Translations under genes and position numbers: made by a program
Shown here: piece after piece, positions 9,371 to 17,490 of the stretch
How the letters are laid out: every line of letters begins with the position of its first letter
Position numbering within the stretch: position 1 is the stretch's first letter
The notes under the pieces: generated by a model
Seen by the model: only the letters and a program-made list of their open reading frames with translations
Told to the model about the DNA's origin: nothing
Databases searched by the model: none
From: an uncultured Methanosarcinales archaeon
GTDB lineage: Archaea > Nanobdellota > Nanobdellia > Woesearchaeales > JAGVZT01
Assembly: GCA_964444505.1 (NCBI GenBank)
Contig: CAYUHF010000006.1
Location: forward strand, 600 to 64,599
Length of the DNA stretch: 64,000 nt
Reading direction: 5' to 3'

Positions 9371-9696
9371 ATTCTATGAAAAATATTGAAAATGGCTGTA
9401 TAATCTGTGGTTCTGATGTGAGAGGCAATAAAAGTGAGGGTTATTACTGTAAAAGATGCAATGTTTTATTCTCATATAAGAATTTGATTGATGCCGGTAA
9501 GATTTTGCCATTCGATCCAATGTATGTTGGAAGTGATGAATCAGATAAATTCCACAACTTTGAATGTAGGTTTGCAAAAAATATCAAAAAAACAAATAGA
9601 ATATTCTTTAAAAACCCAGGCCATGCTAGAGCTAATGGCTACTCACCTTGTAAAGTGTGCCTTAACCAACATAGCTCAACTGCTTTGAATCTTTGA
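9367..9696 (+). CDS. zinc-ribbon protein with C-terminal Ada-like Zn-binding motif
   Basis: CIICGS...CKRCN ribbon, then FHNFECRFAKNIKKTNRIFFKNPGHARANGYSPCKVC, which resembles the Ada metal-binding domain. Start chosen at the ATGA overlap. Confidence 0.5.
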   Translation: MNSMKNIENGCIICGSDVRGNKSEGYYCKRCNVLFSYKNLIDAGKILPFDPMYVGSDESDKFHNFECRFAKNIKKTNRIFFKNPGHARANGYSPCKVCLNQHSSTALNL

Positions 9697-10360
9697 GTTT
9701 TGAAGCCTCATTGCTTGACTGTATTATTGACTTTAGCTTTTCCTCAAATTTCTTGGCAGTCTCCATCAATGGTTCCGGGTCTATTTTAAGTCCCAGGTAA
9801 CTATCAAGTACTCTAACAACATTTGCTGCTGCTTTACTATCTGGGAGCTTGCTGTGTGTTTCAGCAAATACACATGTTACTGGGTATTCCTCAGCTTTCA
9901 ACAACAATGCAGATGTTACACCCATTATGATGCCTTCCTTCAGGCTTTCAACTCCTTCTATCTTGCTTTCTCTGTTTGAAAAGAAGAATGTTCTTGACTG
10001 ATCAGAATCAATATTTGAGCCGACTCCTTCTATACTTATGATCTCTTTTGCGTCGAGCTCATCTGCAAGATCCTTTATTGCATCAGCTATTTGCCATTCT
10101 GTACCAGAACTTGCAACAAGAGCATGAAGAATTACAAGATTATACTCTTTGTTGTAGAATATACCCATGGGCTCAACAAGCTGCTTTTCATGGATTGCAA
10201 CCATTGCCTGGGTATCTTCAACAAGTATCCTGCCGATCTTTTCTGTTTTCAAGTGATCCAAAAGGTATTCTGTAGTTATTGTTCCGATAAGTCCAAAACC
10301 TGGAAATCCTTCAACAATTACTGGATTTTTTGGTTTCTTTTTTAGTTCTAGTTTTGCCAT
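9662..10360 (-). CDS. PAC2-family proteasome assembly chaperone (PbaA/PbaB-like)
   Basis: N-terminus KKPKNPVIVEGFPGFGLIGTITTEYLLDHL is a PAC2 hallmark; 232 aa. Confidence 0.75.
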   Translation of the reverse strand: MAKLELKKKPKNPVIVEGFPGFGLIGTITTEYLLDHLKTEKIGRILVEDTQAMVAIHEKQLVEPMGIFYNKEYNLVILHALVASSGTEWQIADAIKDLADELDAKEIISIEGVGSNIDSDQSRTFFFSNRESKIEGVESLKEGIIMGVTSALLLKAEEYPVTCVFAETHSKLPDSKAAANVVRVLDSYLGLKIDPEPLMETAKKFEEKLKSIIQSSNEASKLKDSKQLSYVG

Positions 10361-10398
10361 GTAATTGTATTCTCTGGTTTTGCTTAAATATCTTTTGC

Positions 10399-10959
10399 CT
10401 ATTCAATGGCTGTTAAAAGCTCACCATTAGCAACTCTGTTCTCATTGCTCCCACGGATTGCGTACTCTACCTCAAGATTCCATCTCTTTAGTTCATCTGT
10501 ACTTGATAAACCTGCACAATTTAGCACAAAATTATGCCGTTGTCCGTTGTCAATATTTGCTTGTGATGCTGTTTCGCATCTTGGCAAATCATTTTCTGCA
10601 GGTACTGCCGATATACTGTTCACAGTTATATCATTGCCCATTCCATTTGTAATTAAAAGCGAAATTGTGTTATCTGCACTGGAGACAACATAGTCATCAC
10701 AGCTCAATCCGGTTGGCATTGTACATTTTGCCGGAAGTAGTTCTGATGGATTCATAACTCCGAAGTATGCAAATGAACCCAATAACATAATATAGAGTAT
10801 CGGTGTTAATAGTGAAATCACAATTGCTGCTATAGCAAATCCTCTTCCTTCATCTCCCTTTTTTGTTGTTGCTACTGCCACTATGCCCAGTATAAGCCCA
10901 AACACTGGAAGCAGGAATGCCAGTACAAATGCAATTATTGAAAGTGTTTTTTTACTCAT
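10399..10959 (-). CDS. DUF4190-like membrane protein with Cys-containing extracellular domain (paralog 1)
   Basis: Two N-terminal TM helices with an ...KKGDEGRGFAIAAIVISL motif, then CTMPTGLSCDD...ISLLITNGMGNDITV...C...C. Confidence 0.6.
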   Translation of the reverse strand: MSKKTLSIIAFVLAFLLPVFGLILGIVAVATTKKGDEGRGFAIAAIVISLLTPILYIMLLGSFAYFGVMNPSELLPAKCTMPTGLSCDDYVVSSADNTISLLITNGMGNDITVNSISAVPAENDLPRCETASQANIDNGQRHNFVLNCAGLSSTDELKRWNLEVEYAIRGSNENRVANGELLTAIE

Positions 10960-10963
10960 CTTA

Positions 10964-11548
10964 TCACCTGTCCATTTCAGCTAAAAGCTCTCCATGAAGT
11001 TGTTTTTTGTATGCTGGAGAGCTATCTTCATAGTAATATTCAAATTCAATATCCCAGCGTTTTTTTCCGCTTGAGTATTGCATATTATCACAATCAAGTA
11101 CAAACTCATGTTCATCAGAATTATTCAGTTCTGTTATGCCGCTGGTCTCACATGCGCCAGTTCCCTCTAATCTTGGAGTTGCATTAACTGAGGTTACAAT
11201 AACATCATGTCCTAATCGGTTCTCAAGAGCTAGGTAGATTCTGTCAGCACTGCTTGATATGGAATGACTATTACAACGGACCCCTGTAGGCATCATGCAC
11301 TTTTCCGTATGATGGTATGAACTTGACGCTCCAAAGTATGCCAGGCTACCAAATAATATAAGAAACATCACTCCGAGAATTATTCTAATGACACTTATAA
11401 TTATGGCTGCTATAGCAAGTCCTCTTCCCTCTGAATTGTCTTTTTTTATCTGACTTAGTGAAACTATGCCAAGAACAAGCGCTATCAAGGGAAATATAAA
11501 AGACAGTATTAATGAAACAATAGCAAGTGTGTTTGTTTTATCTTTCAT
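10964..11548 (-). CDS. DUF4190-like membrane protein with Cys-containing extracellular domain (paralog 2)
   Basis: Same architecture as the neighbour (KKDNSEGRGLAIAAIIISV; CMMPTGVRCNS...IYLALENRLGHDVIV). Tandem duplicate, 4-nt spacer. Confidence 0.6.
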   Translation of the reverse strand: MKDKTNTLAIVSLILSFIFPLIALVLGIVSLSQIKKDNSEGRGLAIAAIIISVIRIILGVMFLILFGSLAYFGASSSYHHTEKCMMPTGVRCNSHSISSSADRIYLALENRLGHDVIVTSVNATPRLEGTGACETSGITELNNSDEHEFVLDCDNMQYSSGKKRWDIEFEYYYEDSSPAYKKQLHGELLAEMDR

Positions 11549-11596
11549 GATTTATTATATGTCAGAAAACAGGGGATATAAATAATTTTCCAAAAG

Positions 11597-11604
11597 CTTT
11601 TAAA
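11597..11604 (+). promoter_or_regulatory. TATA-box-like element upstream of tRNA-Gln
   Basis: TTTTAAAT lies 26-33 nt upstream of tRNA position +1. Confidence 0.4.
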
Positions 11605-11629
11605 TTAAAAACAGTTAGCTTTATTCCAG

Positions 11630-11702
11630 AGCCCCATCGTCTAGTGGCCAAGGATAGCTGGTTCTGGGCCAGCTGGCGGCAGTTCGAATCTGCCTGGGGC
11701 TA
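11630..11702 (+). tRNA. tRNA-Gln (anticodon CUG)
   Basis: Hand-folded cloverleaf: acceptor AGCCCCA/TGGGGCT, anticodon stem GCTGG/CCAGC with loop TTCTGGG, T-arm GGCAG-TTCGAAT-CTGCC, discriminator A. No encoded CCA. Confidence 0.9.
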
Positions 11703-11710
11703 TTTTTTTT
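11703..11710 (+). terminator. oligo-T terminator after tRNA-Gln
   Basis: A run of eight T (11703-11710) directly follows the discriminator base at 11702. Confidence 0.5.
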
Positions 11711-12013
11711 CTCAGGTATATCATTGAAAATACAACAAAGAAGGCCTATCTTTATTTCATGAAAAAGGCATGAAGTGCAGGGGAAGGGACTTTCAACGAC
11801 CAGCCCTATAACCAAGAAAATTATGGGCTTGCACCACACAACCTCTTGTCAAGCTTTGTAAAAGTCAGATTTGAACCCCTGAACCCACTAAGTGACTAGA
11901 CAACTATCACTTTTGGCAAGACTTGTTTCGCGTATTGTGAATTATTTTTTTATCAAATATTATGGATTATTAGGCAGGCAAAATTTTTAAACATCACTAA
12001 AATACTTTACTTT

Positions 12014-12220
12014 ATGCAGATAAAAAATCCGTATTTACAGAAAAAAAGAGAACTTCTGAAGAGACTTGACAAACTGAAATTTGAGTATAATTCTATTACT
12101 GACAGAAGGACAAGCAGGGCAAAGGAGATTAAGGACAAGATGGACAAGACACAGGAAAAATACAATGAAATTAACAGACAAAGTAAAGAATTTATTGAAA
12201 AAAAGTTAAAAAATATTTAG
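12014..12220 (+). CDS. small Lys/Glu-rich coiled-coil protein (68 aa)
   Basis: ORF only; heptad-like charged sequence. Confidence 0.4.
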   Translation: MQIKNPYLQKKRELLKRLDKLKFEYNSITDRRTSRAKEIKDKMDKTQEKYNEINRQSKEFIEKKLKNI

Positions 12221-12465
12221 ATCTGTTTTCCTTGTTTTATTGTGTATTGCGCGTCTATAGCATCTGGCTCTTTTCTTGCTAGATACCATATGTATGACAG
12301 GAAAACAATAACTCCTGTCAGGATTGCTGCTATGGCTGTCAGTGCTATAAAAACAACTGATCCCACAACTATAAACGGGGACAGTATAAGTATTACTACT
12401 GCTAGCACAACCAGAGATACAAGAAACACTCCCAGTCCTACAAAAAACCTGAAAATGTTTTTCAT
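12217..12465 (-). CDS. small membrane protein (82 aa, two TM helices)
   Basis: Hydrophobic helices FFVGLGVFLVSLVVLAVVILIL and VVFIALTAIAAILTGVIVFL. Start overlaps the stop of the AIM24-like gene. Confidence 0.5.
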   Translation of the reverse strand: MKNIFRFFVGLGVFLVSLVVLAVVILILSPFIVVGSVVFIALTAIAAILTGVIVFLSYIWYLARKEPDAIDAQYTIKQGKQI

Positions 12466-13139
12466 TTCTTTCCTACGTATAGTGATAATCTTTGTGCCAA
12501 ATTTGATAATGGCATACTCTGGAGATATACTTTTCCTGGTCCTTGAAGAGTGGCTAAGAATAGTCCTTCGCCCCCAAAAAGCATGTTCTTGAATCCTTTG
12601 ACTCTATTGATATCATAGTCAACTGTAGGCTCAAAGGCACCGATATATCCTGGATCTACCTTGAGTTTTTGTCCTTCCTTGAGTGTGTATTCATTTATTT
12701 CTCCTGAAAACTCAAGAAATGCTTTTCCCGGACCCTTGACTTTTTGCAAAATGAATCCTTCGCCTCCAAAGAACCCAGCACCTATTCTTTTTACAAACTC
12801 TGCTTCAATATCTACTTTTTCTTCTGCTGCCATAAATGCGTCTCTCTGGCAGATAATGTTTTCGTTTTCTTTTAAATCAAGCTCAACTATCTTTCCCGGA
12901 AATTCACTGCAGAATGTGACTAGACCTGTTCCTTCTGTACATGTGTAGTTTACCATGAAAAGTGATTCACCTGTGAATACTCGGCCAAGGCTTTTCCCAA
13001 GTCCGCCTCTCATCTCTGAGTTCATTTCAATGTTTGGACTCATCCAAGCAAGTCCTCCTGATTCTGTAAAAACTGTTTCTCCTTTTTTTAGTTCAACATC
13101 AAGAATTGGTAGTAATGTACCTCTTATTTCGTGTTTCAT
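12462..13139 (-). CDS. AIM24/TIGR00266-family protein (DUF124)
   Basis: ...GGLAWMSPNIEMNSEMRGG...GESLFMVNYT...GAGFFGGEGFILQKVKGPGKAFL...MLFGGEGLFLATLQGPGKVYLQS is the family pattern. GGTGAT Shine-Dalgarno upstream. Confidence 0.8.
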   Translation of the reverse strand: MKHEIRGTLLPILDVELKKGETVFTESGGLAWMSPNIEMNSEMRGGLGKSLGRVFTGESLFMVNYTCTEGTGLVTFCSEFPGKIVELDLKENENIICQRDAFMAAEEKVDIEAEFVKRIGAGFFGGEGFILQKVKGPGKAFLEFSGEINEYTLKEGQKLKVDPGYIGAFEPTVDYDINRVKGFKNMLFGGEGLFLATLQGPGKVYLQSMPLSNLAQRLSLYVGKK

Positions 13140-13292
13140 TAAATCACCCCATTTATGATTTGATTATTCAATTTATAAATGTTTTTAGTTTGATCATGAA
13201 AGGCCAGGATTATGAAGCGGGACAACCTTTTAATAAAGCTTGAACAAAACAGAGCCAACATCAGCTAAAGCTGAGTTGACTTAGAAAATAAG

Positions 13293-13376
13293 CGCCGACG
13301 CCCGGATTTGAACCGGGAGATCCTTGCGGAAACTGGCTCTCAAGGCCAGCGCAGTGCCAGATTGTGCCACGTCGGC
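13293..13376 (-). tRNA. tRNA-Ser (anticodon UGA), class II with long variable arm
   Basis: Minus strand: acceptor GCCGACG/CGTCGGC, D stem GCA/TGC, anticodon stem CTGGC/GCCAG with loop CTTGAGA, long variable arm, T-arm CCCGG-TTCAAAT-CCGGG, discriminator G. No encoded CCA. Confidence 0.9.
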
Positions 13377-13518
13377 ATTAACTATTGGTATGCCCTCCCG
13401 TGGCGACCAGAAATGTGTTTTTGCATTTCGGTGTATGCCACGTCGGCATTAATGTAGGTATGCCCTCTCGTGGCGACCATAAACTGTTTTTGGGTTTATG
13501 AGCATGCCACGTCGGCAT
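13365..13518. repeat. 2.5-copy ~70-bp tandem structured repeat that reiterates the tRNA-Ser 5' end
   Basis: tgccacgtcggc (reverse complement of tRNA nt 1-12) occurs at 13365-13376, 13436-13447 and 13505-13516. An inverted partial copy, ggtatgccctc[c/t]cgtggcgacca, occurs at 13387-13409 and 13457-13479. Inner hairpins lie at 13410-13429 and 13478-13500. Confidence 0.8.
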
Positions 13519-13540
13519 AGTTTATTGGAATAAAAAACAA

Positions 13541-13548
13541 TATTTAAA
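13541..13548 (-). promoter_or_regulatory. TATA-box-like element positioned for the distal repeat copy of the tRNA-Ser 5' end
   Basis: Minus-strand TTTAAATA lies 25-32 nt upstream of the G at 13516 (first base of the distal GCCGACG copy). No comparable box sits at that distance from the real tRNA 5' end (13376). Confidence 0.4.
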
Positions 13549-13563
13549 TGTTTAGTAAAACTT

Positions 13564-14259
13564 TCAATCTAACAGTTCATAAAAATCTGTTATCTTTGGT
13601 TCTTTCAAACCAGATTCCCAGTTTGTTGACCAAAAACCATATCTGCTGTGGTCTCCATACATGCCAACTGCTTCCATTCCATGGTCTGATATTACAAGAA
13701 GCTTTTCTCCTGTTTCTCTGCATTTTTTTGCTATTTCATCCATTTCTTTGTAAAGCATTTTCATTAGAGCTGTGTTTCCAAAGTTCAGATGGCCAATCAC
13801 ATCAACAACACTGAAATACCCCAAGACAAAGTCATGCTTTCCTATTGCATCCAGAAATTCCTTTTTTATTTTTCTGTGGTGATCAAAAGCATCTTTGTTA
13901 TACTCTTTTCTTATTTTTTCCTTGTCTTCAGTTTCAAAGTATTTTTTCAGTAGTGATCTTGACCTGTCGTGTGCATCTTTGTTGTAACTGTATCCAGGAA
14001 GGTCAATTACTATTGGATCCACAAATTTTTTGAAAAATGTTTTTTTCATTTCCCACTTCTTGTCCCACATCTCCTTTCCTTCCTGCAGTACATCATCTTC
14101 CTTGTTTTCTCCTGTGATAAATGAGCTCCAGAGCACCATTGTTCTTGGTTCTGAAAACTCTGATATGTCTGTTTTTCCATAGTGTTCTTGTTTTAAGTTA
14201 ATTGTATTGAATTTTTCAACCAGTTCTATTTCAAGCGCATCAATAGCCAGGATTATCAT
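13564..14259 (-). CDS. alkaline-phosphatase-superfamily protein (type I phosphodiesterase/nucleotide pyrophosphatase-like)
   Basis: MIILAIDAL... N-terminus, VVDVIGHLNFG and LLVISDHGM motifs typical of the AlkP core. Confidence 0.55.
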   Translation of the reverse strand: MIILAIDALEIELVEKFNTINLKQEHYGKTDISEFSEPRTMVLWSSFITGENKEDDVLQEGKEMWDKKWEMKKTFFKKFVDPIVIDLPGYSYNKDAHDRSRSLLKKYFETEDKEKIRKEYNKDAFDHHRKIKKEFLDAIGKHDFVLGYFSVVDVIGHLNFGNTALMKMLYKEMDEIAKKCRETGEKLLVISDHGMEAVGMYGDHSRYGFWSTNWESGLKEPKITDFYELLD

Positions 14260-14671
14260 TTTTAACCAACTCCTTTGTCTTAAAATTGTTTATCATTCTG
14301 TAAGTTAAAAAATATGTGTATTTGTCTGCACTATTGTGAAGTGCATCCATTGTAAGGTGCAGGAGCATTCCAAGCACCAATACGAAAGCATATTCATGTA
14401 AACCAGCAATAACCCCTAGTATCATTAATAAGGGCAAGAACTCAATACTGTGAAATAGTATTGGTAGTTTCCCCCAATTTCTATGAAAACCTGAAAAAAA
14501 CTCTTTGGTGTATGTGATTCTTTTCTTGTAAATCCAAAAGTCAATAACGTGGTCTAAATCTATTAGAAATCCTCCTGCAAAAAACAGGAAAAACATTAAC
14601 CCTGAACCTGTAAAGAAGTATATGATTATCCCGCCAAGTACTGAAGAAACAAGATGATACTCAGGGTCCAT
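14240..14671 (-). CDS. membrane-bound metal-dependent hydrolase, YdjM/DUF457-like
   Basis: Four or five TM helices with [12 protein letters not shown] and [11 protein letters not shown] His/Asp motifs. Confidence 0.6.
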   Translation of the reverse strand: MDPEYHLVSSVLGGIIIYFFTGSGLMFFLFFAGGFLIDLDHVIDFWIYKKRITYTKEFFSGFHRNWGKLPILFHSIEFLPLLMILGVIAGLHEYAFVLVLGMLLHLTMDALHNSADKYTYFLTYRMINNFKTKELVKNDNPGY

Positions 14672-15875
14672 GGATTATTCCTCCTGCTTTGATATTTCCT
14701 TTAATTTCCAGCACAAATCTTCCCATCTCGGGTACCTTGCTGAAGTCCTCTGTTACAATTTTTTTATCTGTTTCTATTATAACTTTGGCGGCTTCATTTG
14801 TTTTTATAACATCACCCTTGGTTAACTCAAGTGATGATGAATCAATTTTCTCTAGTATGTCTGTTATTTCTGCTGTTACTTCCTGGGTTGCCAGCTTAAG
14901 TGTTACAGGAGTATTTGTATTTAGTTCGTGAATCATGCAGAAAACGGTCGCTTTTATCTTATCTGATACTGTAGGGAGGTCTTTTAGTCCACAGATCACA
15001 TTCCCTCTTTCAACAAAAACTGGGTCATTTAATGTAATGCCTATGCTCTCTCCTGTTTCTGCCTTTTCAGTATCTTCATGAAATTTTTCAATGCTTTTTA
15101 TCTCTGATTTCTTGCCATCTGGAAGTATGACTACTGGTTGTGATTGTTCTATTTTTCCTGATTCAACTCTTCCCACTGCTATTCTTTTATCCTTAATCTT
15201 GTAAACATCCTGTAATGGTAATCTCAAAGCACCTGTTTTGTACTCTGGCTCAAATGAGTCAAGCGATTCAATAAGGGATTCACCGTTATACCAGGGCATA
15301 TTGTCTGAGCTTTCTATCACATTATCTCCAATTTTTGCACTTGCTGGTATTATCAATCCTGGTTTTATGCTTATTTTTTTGAGAAAATCTCTTACTTGTT
15401 TCTCTACTTCTTTGAATCTTTCTTTGCTGTAATCAACAAGATCCATCTTGTTAACAACAACTATTACCTGTTTTAATCCCAACATGCTCAGAAGATATGC
15501 ATGTCTTCTCGTCTGCTCCTCTACTCCTTCTTTTGCACTAACGATTAATACTGCTGCTTCTGCCTGAGAAGCTCCGGTTATCATGTTACGTGTGAACTCA
15601 ACATGTCCTGGTGCATCAATTATCACATAAGTTCTTCTGTCTGTTTTAAACCATATCTGTGCTGTATCAATTGTAATTCCCTGTTCTCTTTCCTCTCTGA
15701 GATGATCAAGCAGGAATCCGTATTCCATTTCTCTTCCAAGTGCTTCACAAATTTCTTTCACTTCATTGAGTTTTTCTTCCGATATACTTTTTGTATCGTG
15801 AAGAAGCCTTCCAATAAGTGTTGATTTTCCGTGATCAATGTGTCCAACTAAAACTATGTTCATTGTTTTCATCAT
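14661..15875 (-). CDS. cysN: sulfate adenylyltransferase subunit 1 (GTPase CysN), no fused APS-kinase domain
   Basis: [10 protein letters not shown] (G1), DAPGH (G3), NKMD (G4), EREQGITID, and the beta-barrel domain pattern [10 protein letters not shown]...GRVESG. Adjacent to cysD. Only 404 aa. Confidence 0.8.
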   Translation of the reverse strand: MMKTMNIVLVGHIDHGKSTLIGRLLHDTKSISEEKLNEVKEICEALGREMEYGFLLDHLREEREQGITIDTAQIWFKTDRRTYVIIDAPGHVEFTRNMITGASQAEAAVLIVSAKEGVEEQTRRHAYLLSMLGLKQVIVVVNKMDLVDYSKERFKEVEKQVRDFLKKISIKPGLIIPASAKIGDNVIESSDNMPWYNGESLIESLDSFEPEYKTGALRLPLQDVYKIKDKRIAVGRVESGKIEQSQPVVILPDGKKSEIKSIEKFHEDTEKAETGESIGITLNDPVFVERGNVICGLKDLPTVSDKIKATVFCMIHELNTNTPVTLKLATQEVTAEITDILEKIDSSSLELTKGDVIKTNEAAKVIIETDKKIVTEDFSKVPEMGRFVLEIKGNIKAGGIIHGP

Positions 15876-16684
15876 ATCACCTTGATTATTGTTATTATTC
15901 CGACTATTATACTTGCTACTCCAATTACTGCTCTCAGGTTTTTCTTGGCAAGCCTCTTAACTGTAAGAGCGGCAAGCGGCGCAGAGATTAACCCTCCTAA
16001 AACAAGATAAAGAGCTATTTGCCAGTTTATTCCGCTTCCTAATAAAATATATGTTGCTAGAGAGAATATCCCTGTAAGTGCTTCTGCAAAAGTTGTAACA
16101 CCTACTGCAGTTTTTTCATCTACTCCTGACATAATCTGTCCTCCGGTGACCACAGGTCCGTATCCACCTCCTGCAAGTCCTTTGTTAAACGATGCAATAA
16201 AGCCTAAAATAATCATTCTTAGCCAACTTAATGAGAATTTTTTATTGATTGATACTAATAGAATTATTCCCATGAGAAAGACAAGTACGCCTACATACAG
16301 CTTTATCCAGAATCCTGTCAGCTGCAATGCCAGGAAGACTGATACAACACTTCCTACAAGACTGCAGCCTGTGAAGAGTAGCACTTTCTTAAGGTCTGGT
16401 GAGATATCATCCTCCAATACACTGAACAGTCCCCATCTTCTAACACTCCGGAAGAAAAAAGTTATATTTGTTGAGTTGAAGCTGAAATCAACATTATCCA
16501 TTTGATGGTGGGAGTATCCTGCAATAAGTCCAATTACTGTTTCTGACAACAGTACTGCAGGGATTACTTCTATTGGACTCAGTCCTATCCAGAATAATAC
16601 TGGTGCAAGTGTTGTGCCGTATCCTAACCCAAGTGACTTATCAATATACTGTGCAATGAATCCAAACACAATCAACCAAATCAT
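15872..16684 (-). CDS. TauE/SafE (DUF81) family anion (sulfite/sulfate-type) transporter
   Basis: About 8 TM helices with duplicated [13 protein letters not shown]-type glycine motifs. Embedded between cysD and cysN with overlapping stop/start codons. Confidence 0.75.
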   Translation of the reverse strand: MIWLIVFGFIAQYIDKSLGLGYGTTLAPVLFWIGLSPIEVIPAVLLSETVIGLIAGYSHHQMDNVDFSFNSTNITFFFRSVRRWGLFSVLEDDISPDLKKVLLFTGCSLVGSVVSVFLALQLTGFWIKLYVGVLVFLMGIILLVSINKKFSLSWLRMIILGFIASFNKGLAGGGYGPVVTGGQIMSGVDEKTAVGVTTFAEALTGIFSLATYILLGSGINWQIALYLVLGGLISAPLAALTVKRLAKKNLRAVIGVASIIVGIITIIKVI

Positions 16685-17490
16685 TACATATACCCCAGGC
16701 TTCTTAGTTTTTGCATCATGTATGTTGATTCTTTATCCTGTGCTCTACCGTCTCTTTCACCTTTGTTTGAGTTTTTGAGTTCCTCTATTACTTTGTCTAT
16801 TGTGTCAGCTTGTGAATCAATCGGATTACAGCATGGTTCACATCCAAGGCTCCTGAATCTTTTACCATCTCTTGCAAAATACATTGGAATAATTGGAATT
16901 TTTTCTCTTTTGATATACTGCCAGATATCCATTTCTGTCCAGTGAAGGATTGGATGCACTCTTATATGCTGTTCATTGGATTTTTTTGATTTGTACTGGT
17001 CCCATAACTCTGGCGGCTGGTTCTTGTAATCCCATTTGAATCTCTTGTTTCTTGGAGAAAAGACTCTTTCTTTTGCCCTGATTCCATGCTCGTCTCTTCT
17101 AATTCCCAACAGAAGTGCATCAAAGTTATGCTCTGCTATTGTTTGTTTTAATGCTTCTGTTTTCAATGCATTGCAGCAGGCAAGCTTGTTTTCACTCGAC
17201 ATTCCGTTTGCCAGTGCTTCTTTGTTTTGCGAGATTATTAGATTTAGATTCCACTTGTCTACAAACTTTTTTCTCCACTCCAGCATTTCTTTGAAGTGAT
17301 ATCCGGTGTCAATGTGTATTACAGGAAATGGAATAGTTCCAAAGAATGCTTTTCTGCAGAGCCACAGCATTGCGCTCGAATCCTTTCCAATTGACCACAT
17401 CATTGCCAGCTTGTCAAACTGGTTGTATGCTTCTCTTATAATGTAGATACTTTTACTTTCTAACTTATCCAGATGGTCCATTTTAATCAA
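16684..17490 (-). CDS. cysD: sulfate adenylyltransferase subunit 2 (CysD, PAPS-reductase/ATP-PPase fold)
   Basis: LESKSIYIIREAY...MWSIGKDSSAML (PP-loop), LLLGIRRDEHGIRAKERVFSPR, RVHPILHWTEMDIWQYI, FRSLGCEPC. Collinear by eye with E. coli CysD. Confidence 0.85.
   Translation of the reverse strand: MIKMDHLDKLESKSIYIIREAYNQFDKLAMMWSIGKDSSAMLWLCRKAFFGTIPFPVIHIDTGYHFKEMLEWRKKFVDKWNLNLIISQNKEALANGMSSENKLACCNALKTEALKQTIAEHNFDALLLGIRRDEHGIRAKERVFSPRNKRFKWDYKNQPPELWDQYKSKKSNEQHIRVHPILHWTEMDIWQYIKREKIPIIPMYFARDGKRFRSLGCEPCCNPIDSQADTIDKVIEELKNSNKGERDGRAQDKESTYMMQKLRSLGYM

Noticed and set aside
11787-11794. RNase P RNA CR-I-like string (minus strand GAAAGTCC)
   Set aside because: No matching P4 partner strand or other conserved regions lie nearby, and the position relative to the flanking T-runs is wrong.
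11621-11839. 72-aa track ORF on the minus strand
   Set aside because: It overlaps tRNA-Gln antisense and has an implausible composition.
11860-11914. Possible tRNA or tRNA half on the minus strand (AAAAGT...GGTTCAAATC...ACTTTT)
   Set aside because: It is only 55 nt, the T-stem does not pair around the T-loop-like motif, and there is no anticodon arm. At best it is a degenerate fragment.
13365-13518. The tRNA-Ser upstream repeats as a mini CRISPR array
   Set aside because: There are only 2.5 units. The intervening 'spacers' are themselves homologous to each other, contain inverted copies of the repeat, and the last repeat is part of the tRNA. No cas genes are in the window.
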